Assembly: GCA_965249275.1 (NCBI GenBank)
Contig: CBDFLQ010000006.1
Coordinates: 352,001-416,000, forward strand
DNA: 64,000 nt
Origin: Dehalococcoidia bacterium
GTDB lineage: Bacteria; Chloroflexota; Dehalococcoidia; Plut-88900
Direction: 5' to 3'
The translations under genes were made by a program, and so were the position numbers. Numbering within the stretch: position 1 is the first letter of the stretch; each line of letters opens with the position of its first letter. Under the pieces are notes generated by a model. That model was not told the DNA's origin, ran no database searches, and saw only the letters and a list, made by a program, of their open reading frames with translations. This document shows positions 41,664-51,515 of this stretch, one piece after another.

Positions 41664-42605
41664 TTAACTCCTGGCTGCCTTGGCGGTGTGGCCTTTCTCG
41701 TTGTCCCGAAATTCCCGTGGCAGAACAAAGGTTATGTCCTCCTCGGCCCCATCCAGGGTAGTCACCTTCTCAGGGTGTAGCGCCTCTACCACCTGCCGCA
41801 CCAGCAGCTCTGGCGTAGAGGCACCGGAGATGATCCCTATCCTGTTCACGTCCCCGCCGATTTCAAGGCCATCCAGGTCCTGTGCCCCGCTTATCAAATA
41901 GGACGGTATCCCCAACGCTTCGGCCACGTCCCTGAGCCGGTTGCAGTTTGAGCTCTGCTGCGCCCCGATCACGAGTACCAGGTCGGATGTTGCCGCTAGC
42001 TGCTGCACTGCCTCCTGACGGTTGGTCGTCGCATAGCAGATGTCATTCCTCACCAGCGAGTTCGGGAAACGAGACTTTACCTCATCCACCGCCTTGGAGG
42101 TGTCCAGGACAGAAAGCGTTGTCTGTGTGAGCACGACAAGCGGGCTTTCAGAGTCCCACTCGGGCAGGTTTATCTCCTCCCGTTCGTCGATGAGCTCCAT
42201 GGACGTCTGCCCCATGGTCCCGATCACCTCTTGATGGCCCGGGTGCCCGATTAGCACCACCTTGCGGCCCTCTCTGGCGTATTTCCGGGCCTCGTTATGC
42301 ACCTTGGTGACTAGGGGGCACGTGGCGTCGATCACCTTGTGCCCGCGCTGGCGCGCTCGTTCGAAGTCCTCGGGCGGAGACCCGTGCGCCGAGAATACAA
42401 CCACCGAGTCCTCCGGGACCTCCTCGACGTCCTCTACAGTTATCGCGCCTTTCGCCTCCAGGGATGCCACCACGTATGGGTTGTGGACTATTTCGTGCTT
42501 GACGTATACCGGAGGGCCATACGTCTCCAGCGCCAGTTCCACTATATCTATGGCGCGCACAACTCCGGCGCAGAATCCCCTGGGGGTGGCAAGAAATACC
42601 TCCAA
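41664..42605 (-). CDS. ispH: 4-hydroxy-3-methylbut-2-enyl diphosphate reductase
   Basis: PRGFCAGV, EIVHN, SAHG, DATCPLV, ICYATTNRQ, SSN, GASTP. Confidence 0.97.
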   Translation of the reverse strand: MEVFLATPRGFCAGVVRAIDIVELALETYGPPVYVKHEIVHNPYVVASLEAKGAITVEDVEEVPEDSVVVFSAHGSPPEDFERARQRGHKVIDATCPLVTKVHNEARKYAREGRKVVLIGHPGHQEVIGTMGQTSMELIDEREEINLPEWDSESPLVVLTQTTLSVLDTSKAVDEVKSRFPNSLVRNDICYATTNRQEAVQQLAATSDLVLVIGAQQSSNCNRLRDVAEALGIPSYLISGAQDLDGLEIGGDVNRIGIISGASTPELLVRQVVEALHPEKVTTLDGAEEDITFVLPREFRDNEKGHTAKAARS

Positions 42606-42970
42606 GATTGCATCTCCTTTACTGGATCAGTCTCTTCGGCCAAAGTCATTATACATCCGTTCACATCCCCCCGCCCCGACTCCCTCATTGGACACACTGA
42701 GGCCCCGCACTGTTAGTCCGCCTCTTGAGGGAGCAATCCGGGGGCAGCGTCCCGCCCCCCTCCCGTCATTCCCGACTCCGATCGGGCTGCAAGTGCGCTT
42801 AAGGCGTGAATCCATCCCGCAGGGCGGGGCCGCTCACCTTGAGCAGAGTCGAAGGGTCGAGCGGTGGGGGGCTCACGAAGCACTACCTAGCTGCCTTCCA
42901 CCCTCCAAACCCTTTATGGACACTCCATGACCTATAGGTTAGATTACGCCCGGACCTACCTCCCTCACCC

Positions 42971-44158
42971 ATGCACCAACTCCTCGAAAACGTCAAAGTC
43001 CTCGACCTTACCCACAACGTGGCAGGGCCCTATTGTACCAAGCTCCTCGCCGACTACGGAGCCGACGTCATAAAGGTTGAAAGGCCTGGAATCGGCGATC
43101 GCGCCCGACGCATTGGCCCCTTCCCCAAAGACCACCCCCACCCCGAAAAGAGCGGCCTGTTTCTCCATCTCAACGGCAACAAGCGTAGCGTCACCCTAAA
43201 CATGAAATCAATCCGCGGCCGACGCCTGCTAGAGGCTCTCGCCCAATGGGCCGACATCCTGGTCGAAAGCTTCCGGCCCGGTGTCATGGCCCGGCTTGGA
43301 CTCTCCTATGAAGCACTGAGCAATATCAACCCGGCTCTCGTTATGGTCTCCCTGTCTAACTTCGGCCAGACCGGCCCCTACAAAAACTATGCCCTCGACG
43401 AGATAACCGGCTACGGTATGGGAGGCATGATGCACGCCAACGGCCTCCCGGACCGCGAGCCCCTTAAGCTGGGCGGACGAGTCGGGCTCTACCAGGCCGG
43501 GACCGTGGCCGCAGGAGCCACGGTCACTTCCCTCTACGGCGCCCAAGCCGCTGGTATGGGAGATCATCTGGACGTATCAATCTTCGAAACCCAGGCCGGC
43601 AGCATCGATAGACGGGCCAACTGGGTCCTCGCATACCAGTACACCGGCGAAAACGCCTTGAGGCTCGGCCCTAACATCTATTCCGGCCTGAGACCCGCCG
43701 GTGACGGCTACATCGATATGTGGACCGTAGGAAAAATGCTTCCACGGCTTGCTCAGGCCCTAGGCTCGGGCCCCGACCCGGCCTTGGACGATCCTGCATA
43801 CCTATCCGACGCCGTGCAGGACTTGGAAGCCCGGATCCTCGACTGGAGCCTGAGCCACACCAAGCAGGAGCTGTGGTTCAAGGCCCAGGAGCAGAGAATA
43901 CCCTCGGGGCCCCTCAACTACATCGACGAAGTGGTAGCTGACCCCCAGTTCCGGGCCACGGGCTTCTGGAACAAGGTCGAACTACCCCACACAGGCTTGG
44001 TCGAGCAGCCCGGCAGCCCCTTCGCCCCCCACACCGCCCCAAGACAACTCCGCCGCCCTGCTCCCACCCTGGGACAGCATAACAAGGAAGTCTACTGCGG
44101 CCTTCTCGGATTCTTCCGGCCCGAGCTCTCGCGCATGGCACAGATGGGAGTCGTCTAA
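42971..44158 (+). CDS. Class III CoA-transferase (CaiB/BaiF)
   Basis: VLDLT..VAGP....LADYGADVIKVE, NKRSVTL, FGQTGP, APTLGQHN. Confidence 0.92.
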   Translation: MHQLLENVKVLDLTHNVAGPYCTKLLADYGADVIKVERPGIGDRARRIGPFPKDHPHPEKSGLFLHLNGNKRSVTLNMKSIRGRRLLEALAQWADILVESFRPGVMARLGLSYEALSNINPALVMVSLSNFGQTGPYKNYALDEITGYGMGGMMHANGLPDREPLKLGGRVGLYQAGTVAAGATVTSLYGAQAAGMGDHLDVSIFETQAGSIDRRANWVLAYQYTGENALRLGPNIYSGLRPAGDGYIDMWTVGKMLPRLAQALGSGPDPALDDPAYLSDAVQDLEARILDWSLSHTKQELWFKAQEQRIPSGPLNYIDEVVADPQFRATGFWNKVELPHTGLVEQPGSPFAPHTAPRQLRRPAPTLGQHNKEVYCGLLGFFRPELSRMAQMGVV

Positions 44159-44161
44159 GGA

Positions 44162-45466
44162 ATGCCGGACTTGAGTCCTAAAACCCTCCCCCTCTCCGGC
44201 ATCCGAGTCCTGGACCTCACCATCGTCTGGGCAGGCCCCTACGCTACCCAATTGCTCGCCGACTGGGGCGCCGAGGTCATCCGAGTTGAACCTCTCACCG
44301 TTTTTCAGCCCGTGACCCGTGGCGTAGTCCCTCGTCCCAAGAAGGGTCAGTTCCTGTCCGCCCACAAGTTCCCCGACAACGACCCCGGACCCCGTCCCTG
44401 GAACCGCGATTCCGCTTTCAACACCCACGCCCGTAATAAGCTCAGCATGACCCTCAACCTGGATGTCGATGATGGGCGCACGGTTTTCGAAGACCTGGTC
44501 GCCATAAGCGACGTGCTTGTCGAAAATAACCCCGTCTCCACACTGACTAAGCTGGGCATCGACTATCCTTGGCTCCGAAACATCCGCCCTGACCTCATTG
44601 TCGTCCGAATGCCGCCCTACGGCCTCCAGGGCCCCTATCGCAACTTCCGCTCCGTCGGATCATCCTTGGAAGCTGTCATGGGCCACACGAGTATTCGCGG
44701 ATACCGTGACACCGACCCCTCAATGACCAGCTCCGTCTACACCGCAGATGCATCAGCCGGGGCCAATGCCGCCTTCGCCGTGGTCTCCGCATTGCTCTTC
44801 CGTCGCGAATCGGGTTCCGGGGGCTTGATCGACGCCGGCCAGTCACAAGCCATGCTCCCCTACCTCGGGGAGGCCTTCATGGACTACTCCATGAACTCCC
44901 GTGTTCAGACTACCCTCGGAAATGCCCACCCTTCCAAAGCGCCCCATGGCTGCTATCCCTGCCTCGGCGGCGACCGATGGATCACAATCTCCGTGGACGG
45001 CGATGATCAGTGGAAAGCCCTAAGAAGTGTGATGGGCAATCCCTCCTGGTCCTCCGACCCCCGTTTCGCCACCGGCTCGGGTCGATGGACGTGGCAGGAA
45101 GAGTTGGACTCGCTAATCTCGCGATGGACCCGGGACCGGGACTCGAACGAGCTCATGGCCGAGCTCCAGCTTTCCGGTATAGCCGCCGGCCCGGTAAACA
45201 AAGACGCCGACCTCCTGGCAGACCCCCACCTCGCCGACCGGGGCTTCTTCGAGCCGTTGGACCACTCTGATACTGGACACTATCTCTATCCCGGTCCAAT
45301 GTGGCGCTCCCACTCATTCCCCAACCAACTCAGAACACCGCCCTGCAACCTGGGCCAGCACAACGAATATGCCTACCGAGACCTGCTGGGATACAACGAC
45401 AATAGGTATTCCGAATTGGAGGCCGCCGGCCACATCGGCGCCGAATTCCACCCAAACGTCACCTAG
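44162..45466 (+). CDS. Class III CoA-transferase (CaiB/BaiF)
   Basis: LSGIRVLDLT..WAGP....LADWGAEVIRVE, RNKLS, TADASAG, LGQHN. Confidence 0.92.
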   Translation: MPDLSPKTLPLSGIRVLDLTIVWAGPYATQLLADWGAEVIRVEPLTVFQPVTRGVVPRPKKGQFLSAHKFPDNDPGPRPWNRDSAFNTHARNKLSMTLNLDVDDGRTVFEDLVAISDVLVENNPVSTLTKLGIDYPWLRNIRPDLIVVRMPPYGLQGPYRNFRSVGSSLEAVMGHTSIRGYRDTDPSMTSSVYTADASAGANAAFAVVSALLFRRESGSGGLIDAGQSQAMLPYLGEAFMDYSMNSRVQTTLGNAHPSKAPHGCYPCLGGDRWITISVDGDDQWKALRSVMGNPSWSSDPRFATGSGRWTWQEELDSLISRWTRDRDSNELMAELQLSGIAAGPVNKDADLLADPHLADRGFFEPLDHSDTGHYLYPGPMWRSHSFPNQLRTPPCNLGQHNEYAYRDLLGYNDNRYSELEAAGHIGAEFHPNVT

Positions 45467-45493
45467 TCCCAGCCTTACTTGGCCCGCCATAAA

Positions 45494-45740
45494 CTCACCC
45501 GCTCGTGCTGAGCCCGTCGAAGTATGAGCGACCGAAGCACTCACGCCTTGGTCACAACCTCACCCGCTCATGCTGAGCCCGTCGAAGTATGAGCGACCGA
45601 AGCACTCACGCCTTAGTCGCAAGCTCACCCGCACATACTGAGCCCGTCGAAGCATAAGAGGCCGAATCATTCACACCCCGGCTGCGATTTCACCCGCTCG
45701 TGCTGAGCCCGTCGAAGTATGAGCGGCCGAAGCACTCACC
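45494..45740. repeat. Four 65-bp tandem repeats carrying the family B motif
   Basis: CACCCGCTCGTGCTGAGCCCGTCGAAGTATGAGCG.CCGAAGCACTCAC units starting at 45494, 45559, 45624 and 45689. Confidence 0.9.
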
Positions 45741-45751
45741 CCCAAACCCTC

Positions 45752-47347
45752 CTACCACCCAATAGCACACCCATCCTTCCGAGGCTCCGACCCACCCTTC
45801 AGCACCCCCGTCTCGGCATCCCGCTCAATGATCTGCCCGCCCCCGAACAGGCTCCGGTTCTCGTCCCCGTAGGTCACTATGTGGTGGCCCCTTCTGATTA
45901 GCTCCTCCCGAGTCCCCCCGTTAACCTCTTCTTCCACCGCCACTCCGTCCCCTATCAGCGCACTGAACCTGAGTGCGTCCAGAGCCTCCTGAGGCTCGAG
46001 ATCGAAGTCCACCATGTTGGCCATTACCTGCAGCTGCCCCTGCGGCTGCTGGAATCCGCCCATCACCCCGAAGGAGAGCCACATCTGGTCGCCGCGGGTC
46101 GCCATGCCCGGAATTATCGTGTGGTAGGGCCTCTTGTCCGGCGCCAGGGCATTCGGGTGCTCGGGATCCAACGAGAAGAGAGCGCCCCTGTTGTGCAGCG
46201 CAATCCCCGTACCCGGCACTACCAAGCCTGTCCCGAAGCTCTCGTAAAGGCTGTTGATGAACGAGCAGGCGTTCCCATCCCCATCAACCACTGTCAGGTA
46301 GGCCGTGTTGGCAGTCGCATACACGTTTCCGGGGCGCGGGTGCTGGATGACTCCATCGCAGGCGATCTGGCTCCGGCGTTCCGCCGCGTATCCCTTGTCC
46401 AGCAGCACTTTGAGCGGCACGTCCACCTTGGCTGGATCTCCGATATACCTGAGCGCATCGGCATACGCCAAACGCATCGACTCGATCAGGTGATGGTACG
46501 TGTCCGCCGACTGGAAACCCATACCCCTAATGTCGAATCCCTCGGCGATGTTCATCGCCATCAATGCCGCCAGCCCGTGCCCGTTGGGAGGGCATTCCCA
46601 CACCCGGACTCCCCTGTAGTCCGAGGAAATTGGCTCATCCCAAGTGGACTGGTGGCTTTCCAAGTCTTCCTTTTCCAGCCAGCCACCCATCTTCTGAACG
46701 TAGTTCGCTATTTTCTCCGCCAGCTTACCCTTGTAAAATGCCTTCGGTCCCCGCCTCGCGATGGACTTGAGCACCTCAGCCAACTCCGGGAACCTCATTA
46801 CTTCACCGGCCCGCGGGGCCCGGCCATTGAGCAGCATTTCACTACCCGACGGATATCTTGCCAGCTTATCAGCGTTATATGCCCAGGATTTCCCCAGCAC
46901 CTTCTGCACGACGAACCCGTCGGCAGCATAGCTGATGGCCGGTTTCAGCAGCTTTGACAGAGGCATGCTCCCGTGCTTTTTCAACAGCGTCTGCCACCCA
47001 TCCACGATCCCCGGAACCGTCACCGAGTGTGCCCCCAGAGCGGGCATCTCTTTGTACCCCTCCTTCACCAACTCTTCCAACGATGCTCTTCTCCCCGAAC
47101 GCCCGCTCCCGTTTAGCGCCGTTACCTTCCGGTCTTTCGCCGACCAGGTCAGGGCAAACATGTCCCCCCCGAGCCCCGTGGACATCGGTTCCGTCACGCA
47201 CAGGGCCGCGGAGGTTGCCACTGCCGCATCTACGGCATTCCCTCCGTCTTGCAATACCCTGAGTCCGGCCATCGCCGCTTGGCTCTCGCTGGTCGCCACC
47301 ATGCCGCGCCGGGCCTCGACACTCGGCCTTCGGGTCAAGAAGCTCAT
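45752..47347 (-). CDS. ggt: Gamma-glutamyltransferase
   Basis: GGNAVDAAVA, GLGGDMF, NTAYL cleavage Thr, SFINS, KRPYHTIIP, GVMGG, EPRKDG. Confidence 0.93.
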   Translation of the reverse strand: MSFLTRRPSVEARRGMVATSESQAAMAGLRVLQDGGNAVDAAVATSAALCVTEPMSTGLGGDMFALTWSAKDRKVTALNGSGRSGRRASLEELVKEGYKEMPALGAHSVTVPGIVDGWQTLLKKHGSMPLSKLLKPAISYAADGFVVQKVLGKSWAYNADKLARYPSGSEMLLNGRAPRAGEVMRFPELAEVLKSIARRGPKAFYKGKLAEKIANYVQKMGGWLEKEDLESHQSTWDEPISSDYRGVRVWECPPNGHGLAALMAMNIAEGFDIRGMGFQSADTYHHLIESMRLAYADALRYIGDPAKVDVPLKVLLDKGYAAERRSQIACDGVIQHPRPGNVYATANTAYLTVVDGDGNACSFINSLYESFGTGLVVPGTGIALHNRGALFSLDPEHPNALAPDKRPYHTIIPGMATRGDQMWLSFGVMGGFQQPQGQLQVMANMVDFDLEPQEALDALRFSALIGDGVAVEEEVNGGTREELIRRGHHIVTYGDENRSLFGGGQIIERDAETGVLKGGSEPRKDGCAIGW

Positions 47348-47376
47348 CTCTTCCTCCTGATTCGTTCTCTAATTGA

Positions 47377-48171
47377 TCAGCTTGCGGAGTCCCGCTCGTC
47401 GAATACCTCTTTGGCCACACCGAGTGCATTCAGGCAGGCGGGTAACCCGCAATAGAATACAAGGTGCAGGAACAGCTCGCCTATCTCCTCTCGGCTCCAC
47501 CCAAGGTTCAACGCCCATGCCACGTGGCCCTTCAACTGCGGCTGACGCCCGAGAACGCACAACGCCGACATCGTGGCGATGCTCCGCACCTTCTTCTCCA
47601 GCCCCGGACGGCCCCAAACGTCCCCAAACAGGCTTGCCGTCACCCATTCTTCCATCCCGGATACTAGACCGTACTCTGCCCCCGATGCCTCTTCAGGATT
47701 ACCTAACGTAACCTCCTCCAGCACCTCATTCCCCTTGGTAACGCGCTCCACCGTCGACTCCCCAACCTCTGCCTCGCCGGGACCGCCGTCCATAAGACCA
47801 CGCTCCTCGAAAACGGTCCTCGCCACGGACAGCGCATTCAGCGTCGATGGAAGTCCGGCGTAGAACACCAGGTGCATGAACATCTCGCCCAGCTCTTCTT
47901 TCGTCCATCCCAGGTTGAGAGCGTAGCCTATGTGCCCTTTCAACTGTGGCTCCTTGCCCGTCACGGTCAACGCCGTCATCGTGGCTATGCTCCGCATCTT
48001 TTTCGGTAGTCCGGGCCGTCCCCACACCTCCCCGAACAGCGACGCGGTAACCCAGTCTCCCATACCCGGCACTAGGTCGTACTGAGGCAGGCCCGAGGCC
48101 GTTCTGCCCCCCAAGCTTAGCTCTTGATAGCTGGCTTCCCCCCGGTTTACCCTGTCTTCGAATTCCGTCAT
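47377..48171 (-). CDS. Carboxymuconolactone decarboxylase family protein with two tandem domains
   Basis: WVTASLFG.VWGRPGL.KK.RSIATM...PQLKGH...ALNLGW occurs twice. Confidence 0.88.
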   Translation of the reverse strand: MTEFEDRVNRGEASYQELSLGGRTASGLPQYDLVPGMGDWVTASLFGEVWGRPGLPKKMRSIATMTALTVTGKEPQLKGHIGYALNLGWTKEELGEMFMHLVFYAGLPSTLNALSVARTVFEERGLMDGGPGEAEVGESTVERVTKGNEVLEEVTLGNPEEASGAEYGLVSGMEEWVTASLFGDVWGRPGLEKKVRSIATMSALCVLGRQPQLKGHVAWALNLGWSREEIGELFLHLVFYCGLPACLNALGVAKEVFDERDSAS

Positions 48172-48270
48172 AGTATGTCCAATCTACAAATTTATCTTGG
48201 CCCGGCCTCATTATAGGCCATTCCCACAGACTGCAAAGGGCGTCCCAGTCACGCCCTTGCGAGGTAGCAG

Positions 48271-48549
48271 ATGAGCAAACAAAAGCGTAAGCCCCGAGAA
48301 GAAGAATTCTCTCCGAAGTCCCGTTCCACCGCCGGCAATCTGGGAGTCGTATTTGGGCCCGTAGGTGCGCACAGATTCTATCTCGGCTACACCCTTCACG
48401 GTATTATCCAAATCGCCCTGAGCATCACCATCATCGGCGCTCTCTGGGGCATCTACGAAGGTATCACCATTCTCTGGGGCAACGAGTGGCGAGACGCCCA
48501 AGGCAGACTCCTCCGCCCCTCCCCTCCCACCGGAAAGCAGTCCACGTAG
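48271..48549 (+). CDS. TM2 domain protein
   Basis: KSR..AG.LG..FG..GAHRFYLG....GI.Q, RDAQGR.L; GAGG RBS. Confidence 0.88.
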   Translation: MSKQKRKPREEEFSPKSRSTAGNLGVVFGPVGAHRFYLGYTLHGIIQIALSITIIGALWGIYEGITILWGNEWRDAQGRLLRPSPPTGKQST

Positions 48550-48626
48550 CGCTTTACCACAACACAAACCAAGAACAGAAACGGCAGGTCCGGTCCCCTC
48601 TCCCTCGATGGGAGAGGGCTAGGGTG

Positions 48627-49927
48627 GGTACAGACCGGGCAGAAAGGTAACACATAAACCGGGGACATGGGTAACACATCGTGGGATTGTATTAGGCAAT
48701 CCCAGAGGAGGAAGATGTGTTGCCTTGGAAAGACACGAGCATAGAATCGGAGCGGTTGCAGTTCATCGAGCGTCACACTGCGGGAGAGGAGACTATTGCT
48801 GAGCTGTGCCGCCGGTCCGGGATCAGCCGCAAGACGGGCTACAAGATAATCGGCCGATACGAGGCGTATGGTGAGGACGGTCTACTTGACCTAAGCCGGG
48901 CTCCTCACAGCCATCCCAACGCCACTTCCATAGAGGTGGCTAAGCGTATCATCGAGGCGAAGCGCACCCATCCCACATGGGGCCCGAAGAAGATCGTCGC
49001 CTGGTTGCATTCCATCGAGCCCTACGTGCCCTGGCCTTCCTCCAGTACTGCGGGCGCCATACTGGACCGTGTGGGTCTGGTGAGGCGGCGCAAGCGGCGG
49101 CGCAGGGCTACACGCTGGGGCGAGCCCTTCGCCCACGCCCGGCACCCCAATGACGTGTGGGCCATCGACCTGAAGGGCTGGTTCCGCACGGATGACGGAA
49201 TGCGGATAGACCCCCTTACAGCCCAGGACGCCATGTCCCGCTACTTACTGGTATGCGACCCTCTCGACCGCCCTGCCGGCCCGGAAGTCAAGCGCTCTCT
49301 GGAGAGAACCTTCCGAGAGTACGGCATCCCTCGGGCCATACGCACCGACAATGGTCCGCCCTTCGCCAGTGTGGGTCTGGGCAGCCTCTCACCACTCTCA
49401 GCATGGTGGGTCAAGCTCGGGATCGTACCCGAACGCATAGAGCCCGGTCACCCCGAACAGAATGGACGCATCGAGCGCCTTCACCGGACCCTCAAGGCCG
49501 AGACCGCAACACCTCCAAAGGCCAACTGGAGACGACAACGCAGAGCCCTCGAACGCTTCAGACACACCTACAACTTCGAGAGGCCACATGAGGCCCTGGG
49601 GCAGCAACCACCAAGCCGGCTGTACACGCCCTCGATCAGACCCTATCCCACACGTATCAGCTCGCCCGAGTACAACGCCGGTGTCACCGTACGTAGTGTC
49701 CGCAGCAACGGACAGATCAAGTGGAAGGGAGATATGCTCTACGTGAGCGAGTCCCTCAAGGGCGAACCCATCGGCCTGGTCCAGATAGACGAACGAACCT
49801 GGTCCATACAGTTCGGGCCACTCATCATCGGACTCCTTGATGACCCCACCAGAAGGGTCGACAAAACCCCAGTCAAAGTGTTACCTATGTCCTCGGTCTA
49901 ACTGTTACCCATGTCCCCGGTCGTACA
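48627..49927 (+). mobile_element. IS481-family insertion sequence
   Basis: Reiterated end motifs ACCGGGGACATGGGTAACA (left) and TGTTACCCATGTCCCCGGTCGTACA (right); GTG on both flanks; transposase inside. Confidence 0.88.
48717..49901 (+). CDS. IS481-family DDE transposase
   Basis: PWK N-terminus, GISRKTGYK HTH, WAIDLKG, IRTDNGPPF, QNGRIERLHRTLK, YNFERPHEALG. Confidence 0.95.
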   Translation: MLPWKDTSIESERLQFIERHTAGEETIAELCRRSGISRKTGYKIIGRYEAYGEDGLLDLSRAPHSHPNATSIEVAKRIIEAKRTHPTWGPKKIVAWLHSIEPYVPWPSSSTAGAILDRVGLVRRRKRRRRATRWGEPFAHARHPNDVWAIDLKGWFRTDDGMRIDPLTAQDAMSRYLLVCDPLDRPAGPEVKRSLERTFREYGIPRAIRTDNGPPFASVGLGSLSPLSAWWVKLGIVPERIEPGHPEQNGRIERLHRTLKAETATPPKANWRRQRRALERFRHTYNFERPHEALGQQPPSRLYTPSIRPYPTRISSPEYNAGVTVRSVRSNGQIKWKGDMLYVSESLKGEPIGLVQIDERTWSIQFGPLIIGLLDDPTRRVDKTPVKVLPMSSV

Positions 49928-50007
49928 GTGAGGGTGAAAGTGTTACCCCCGACCCGCAAACAGGCTCCGTAAGGAGACCGCCCACTAGCACTTGAGGAGG
50001 TAGCAAG

Positions 50008-50772
50008 ATGTACGAAAGCCTGAACGGAAAAGTAGCGCTGGTCACGGGAGGAGGCTCGGGGATCGGCAGGGCAACCTCCGAGGCTTTCGCCCGGCTCGGT
50101 TGCAAAGTCGTAGTCTCGGACATGAACGGGCCCGGTGGCCTGGAGACAGTGAAAGGGATACTTGAGTCCGGCGGCGAAGCCGTATTCATTCCGGCCAACG
50201 TCACCGTTACCACTCAAGTCCAGGCCCTGGTCGAACGCACCGTTTCTCGGTTCGGCAGGCTCGACTGCGCCGTCAACAACGCCGGCATCAACATCACGTC
50301 CCGCCTCCCCACCCACCTCCTCCCCGAAGACGACTGGGACCGGATCATAGACGTCAATCTCCGCGGCGTCTGGCTCTCTATGAAGTACGAAATCCCTGTG
50401 ATGCTGGAGCAGGGTGGCGGCGCAATTGTTAACCTCGCATCCATCTACGGGATCGTAGGCGCCCCCAACACTGCCGCCTACACGGCTAGCAAGCACGGAG
50501 TGTCTGGACTGACCAAGGTCGCCGCCCTCGACTACGCCAAGTCCGGCATTCGGGTGAACGCCGTCGGACCAGGTTACACCGATACCTCGATGGTGCAACG
50601 CGTCGTCGACGCCAATCCCGGAATACAAGACTGGATGATTAGCAAGACGCCCGCGGGACGCATGGGAAACCCATCGGAGATCGCCCAGGCCATTGTCTGG
50701 CTCTGCTCCGACGAAGCTTCCTTCGTTACCGGCGCAATCGTCCCCATAGACGGCGGAATGATCGCCCGCTAA
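50008..50772 (+). CDS. Short-chain dehydrogenase/reductase
   Basis: TGGGSGIG, NNAG, YTASK, IRVNAVGPG. Confidence 0.93.
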   Translation: MYESLNGKVALVTGGGSGIGRATSEAFARLGCKVVVSDMNGPGGLETVKGILESGGEAVFIPANVTVTTQVQALVERTVSRFGRLDCAVNNAGINITSRLPTHLLPEDDWDRIIDVNLRGVWLSMKYEIPVMLEQGGGAIVNLASIYGIVGAPNTAAYTASKHGVSGLTKVAALDYAKSGIRVNAVGPGYTDTSMVQRVVDANPGIQDWMISKTPAGRMGNPSEIAQAIVWLCSDEASFVTGAIVPIDGGMIAR

Positions 50773-50815
50773 TGCCTACCCGTCATTCCCGTGCTTGACA
50801 CGGGAATCTATCCCC

Positions 50816-51202
50816 TCACCACAACCGCCGTACGCCGTACCGGTCAAAAATCGCCTCGTTTGACACGAGAACCAGATTGCGACCTATCGCCTGCGCTATC
50901 AGCATCCTGTCAAACGGGTCCCGATGATGCACCGGAAGCATCCCCGCCCGCACCCCATCATCCACCGTTATCGACAACTCCTCGAATCCCTCTCCCTCTA
51001 TTGCACCCTGCATATCCAGGACAAGCCGTCTTGCCTTCTCTAACTTCCCTATCCGGTATTTGGTCGCTATCTCCCAGCCCGACGCCGCACTTATCAGCTT
51101 GGCATTGCTATAATCTTCGATAGCTCTACGGGCTGTGACCGGCAACCTGATATTCCCCTCAATCCACCAGAGAAACGCGTGGGTGTCCAGCAGAAGTCGC
51201 AG
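50816..51202 (-). CDS. vapC: VapC PIN-domain toxin (apparent CTG start)
   Basis: Frame extends upstream of the listed ORF to (CTG)RLLLDTHAFLWW; SGWEIA, HRDPFDRMLIAQA. Confidence 0.85.
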   Translation of the reverse strand: MRLLLDTHAFLWWIEGNIRLPVTARRAIEDYSNAKLISAASGWEIATKYRIGKLEKARRLVLDMQGAIEGEGFEELSITVDDGVRAGMLPVHHRDPFDRMLIAQAIGRNLVLVSNEAIFDRYGVRRLW

Positions 51203-51436
51203 CTATCCGCCCTCCCAGAGCTTCAGCTCCTCTTCCGGTAGCGGGTCGAAGAAGCTGTCGTCTATCTTTATCTTGCCTTTCCAAGAGCCGAATTGCGGCT
51301 TCCTCTTCGGCTTGCAGCTCACCAACCGAGCCACTGGCTTCCCGTTCCGGGCAATAATCACTTCCTCCCCTGCCTCTACCTGCGCCAGCAACTTCGACAA
51401 GTTGGTCTTCGCTTCATGTACGTTTACTGTTGTCAT
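51203..51436 (-). CDS. Phd/YefM family antitoxin
   Basis: MTTVNVHEAKTNLSKLL..VEAGEEVIIARNGKPVARLV. Confidence 0.93.
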   Translation of the reverse strand: MTTVNVHEAKTNLSKLLAQVEAGEEVIIARNGKPVARLVSCKPKRKPQFGSWKGKIKIDDSFFDPLPEEELKLWEGG

Positions 51437-51452
51437 AGTTTGTCCCGTGAAT

Positions 51453-51492
51453 TAAGTTAGCTAACTATATAGCTAACTTACCGGGTGGTCAA
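51453..51492 (-). promoter_or_regulatory. Sigma70-type promoter of the TA operon overlapped by an operator palindrome
   Basis: TTGACC-17 nt-TATAGT on the minus strand; TAAGTTAGCTA-N6-TAGCTAACTTA straddles the -10. Confidence 0.75.
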
Positions 51493-51515
51493 GTAAAGGC
51501 TCTTATCGATACACC

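Noticed and set aside
38817-45740. Tandem arrays at 38817, 40007 and 45494 as CRISPR
   Set aside because: Spacers are homologous to each other or too short, unit sizes do not fit, and there are no cas genes
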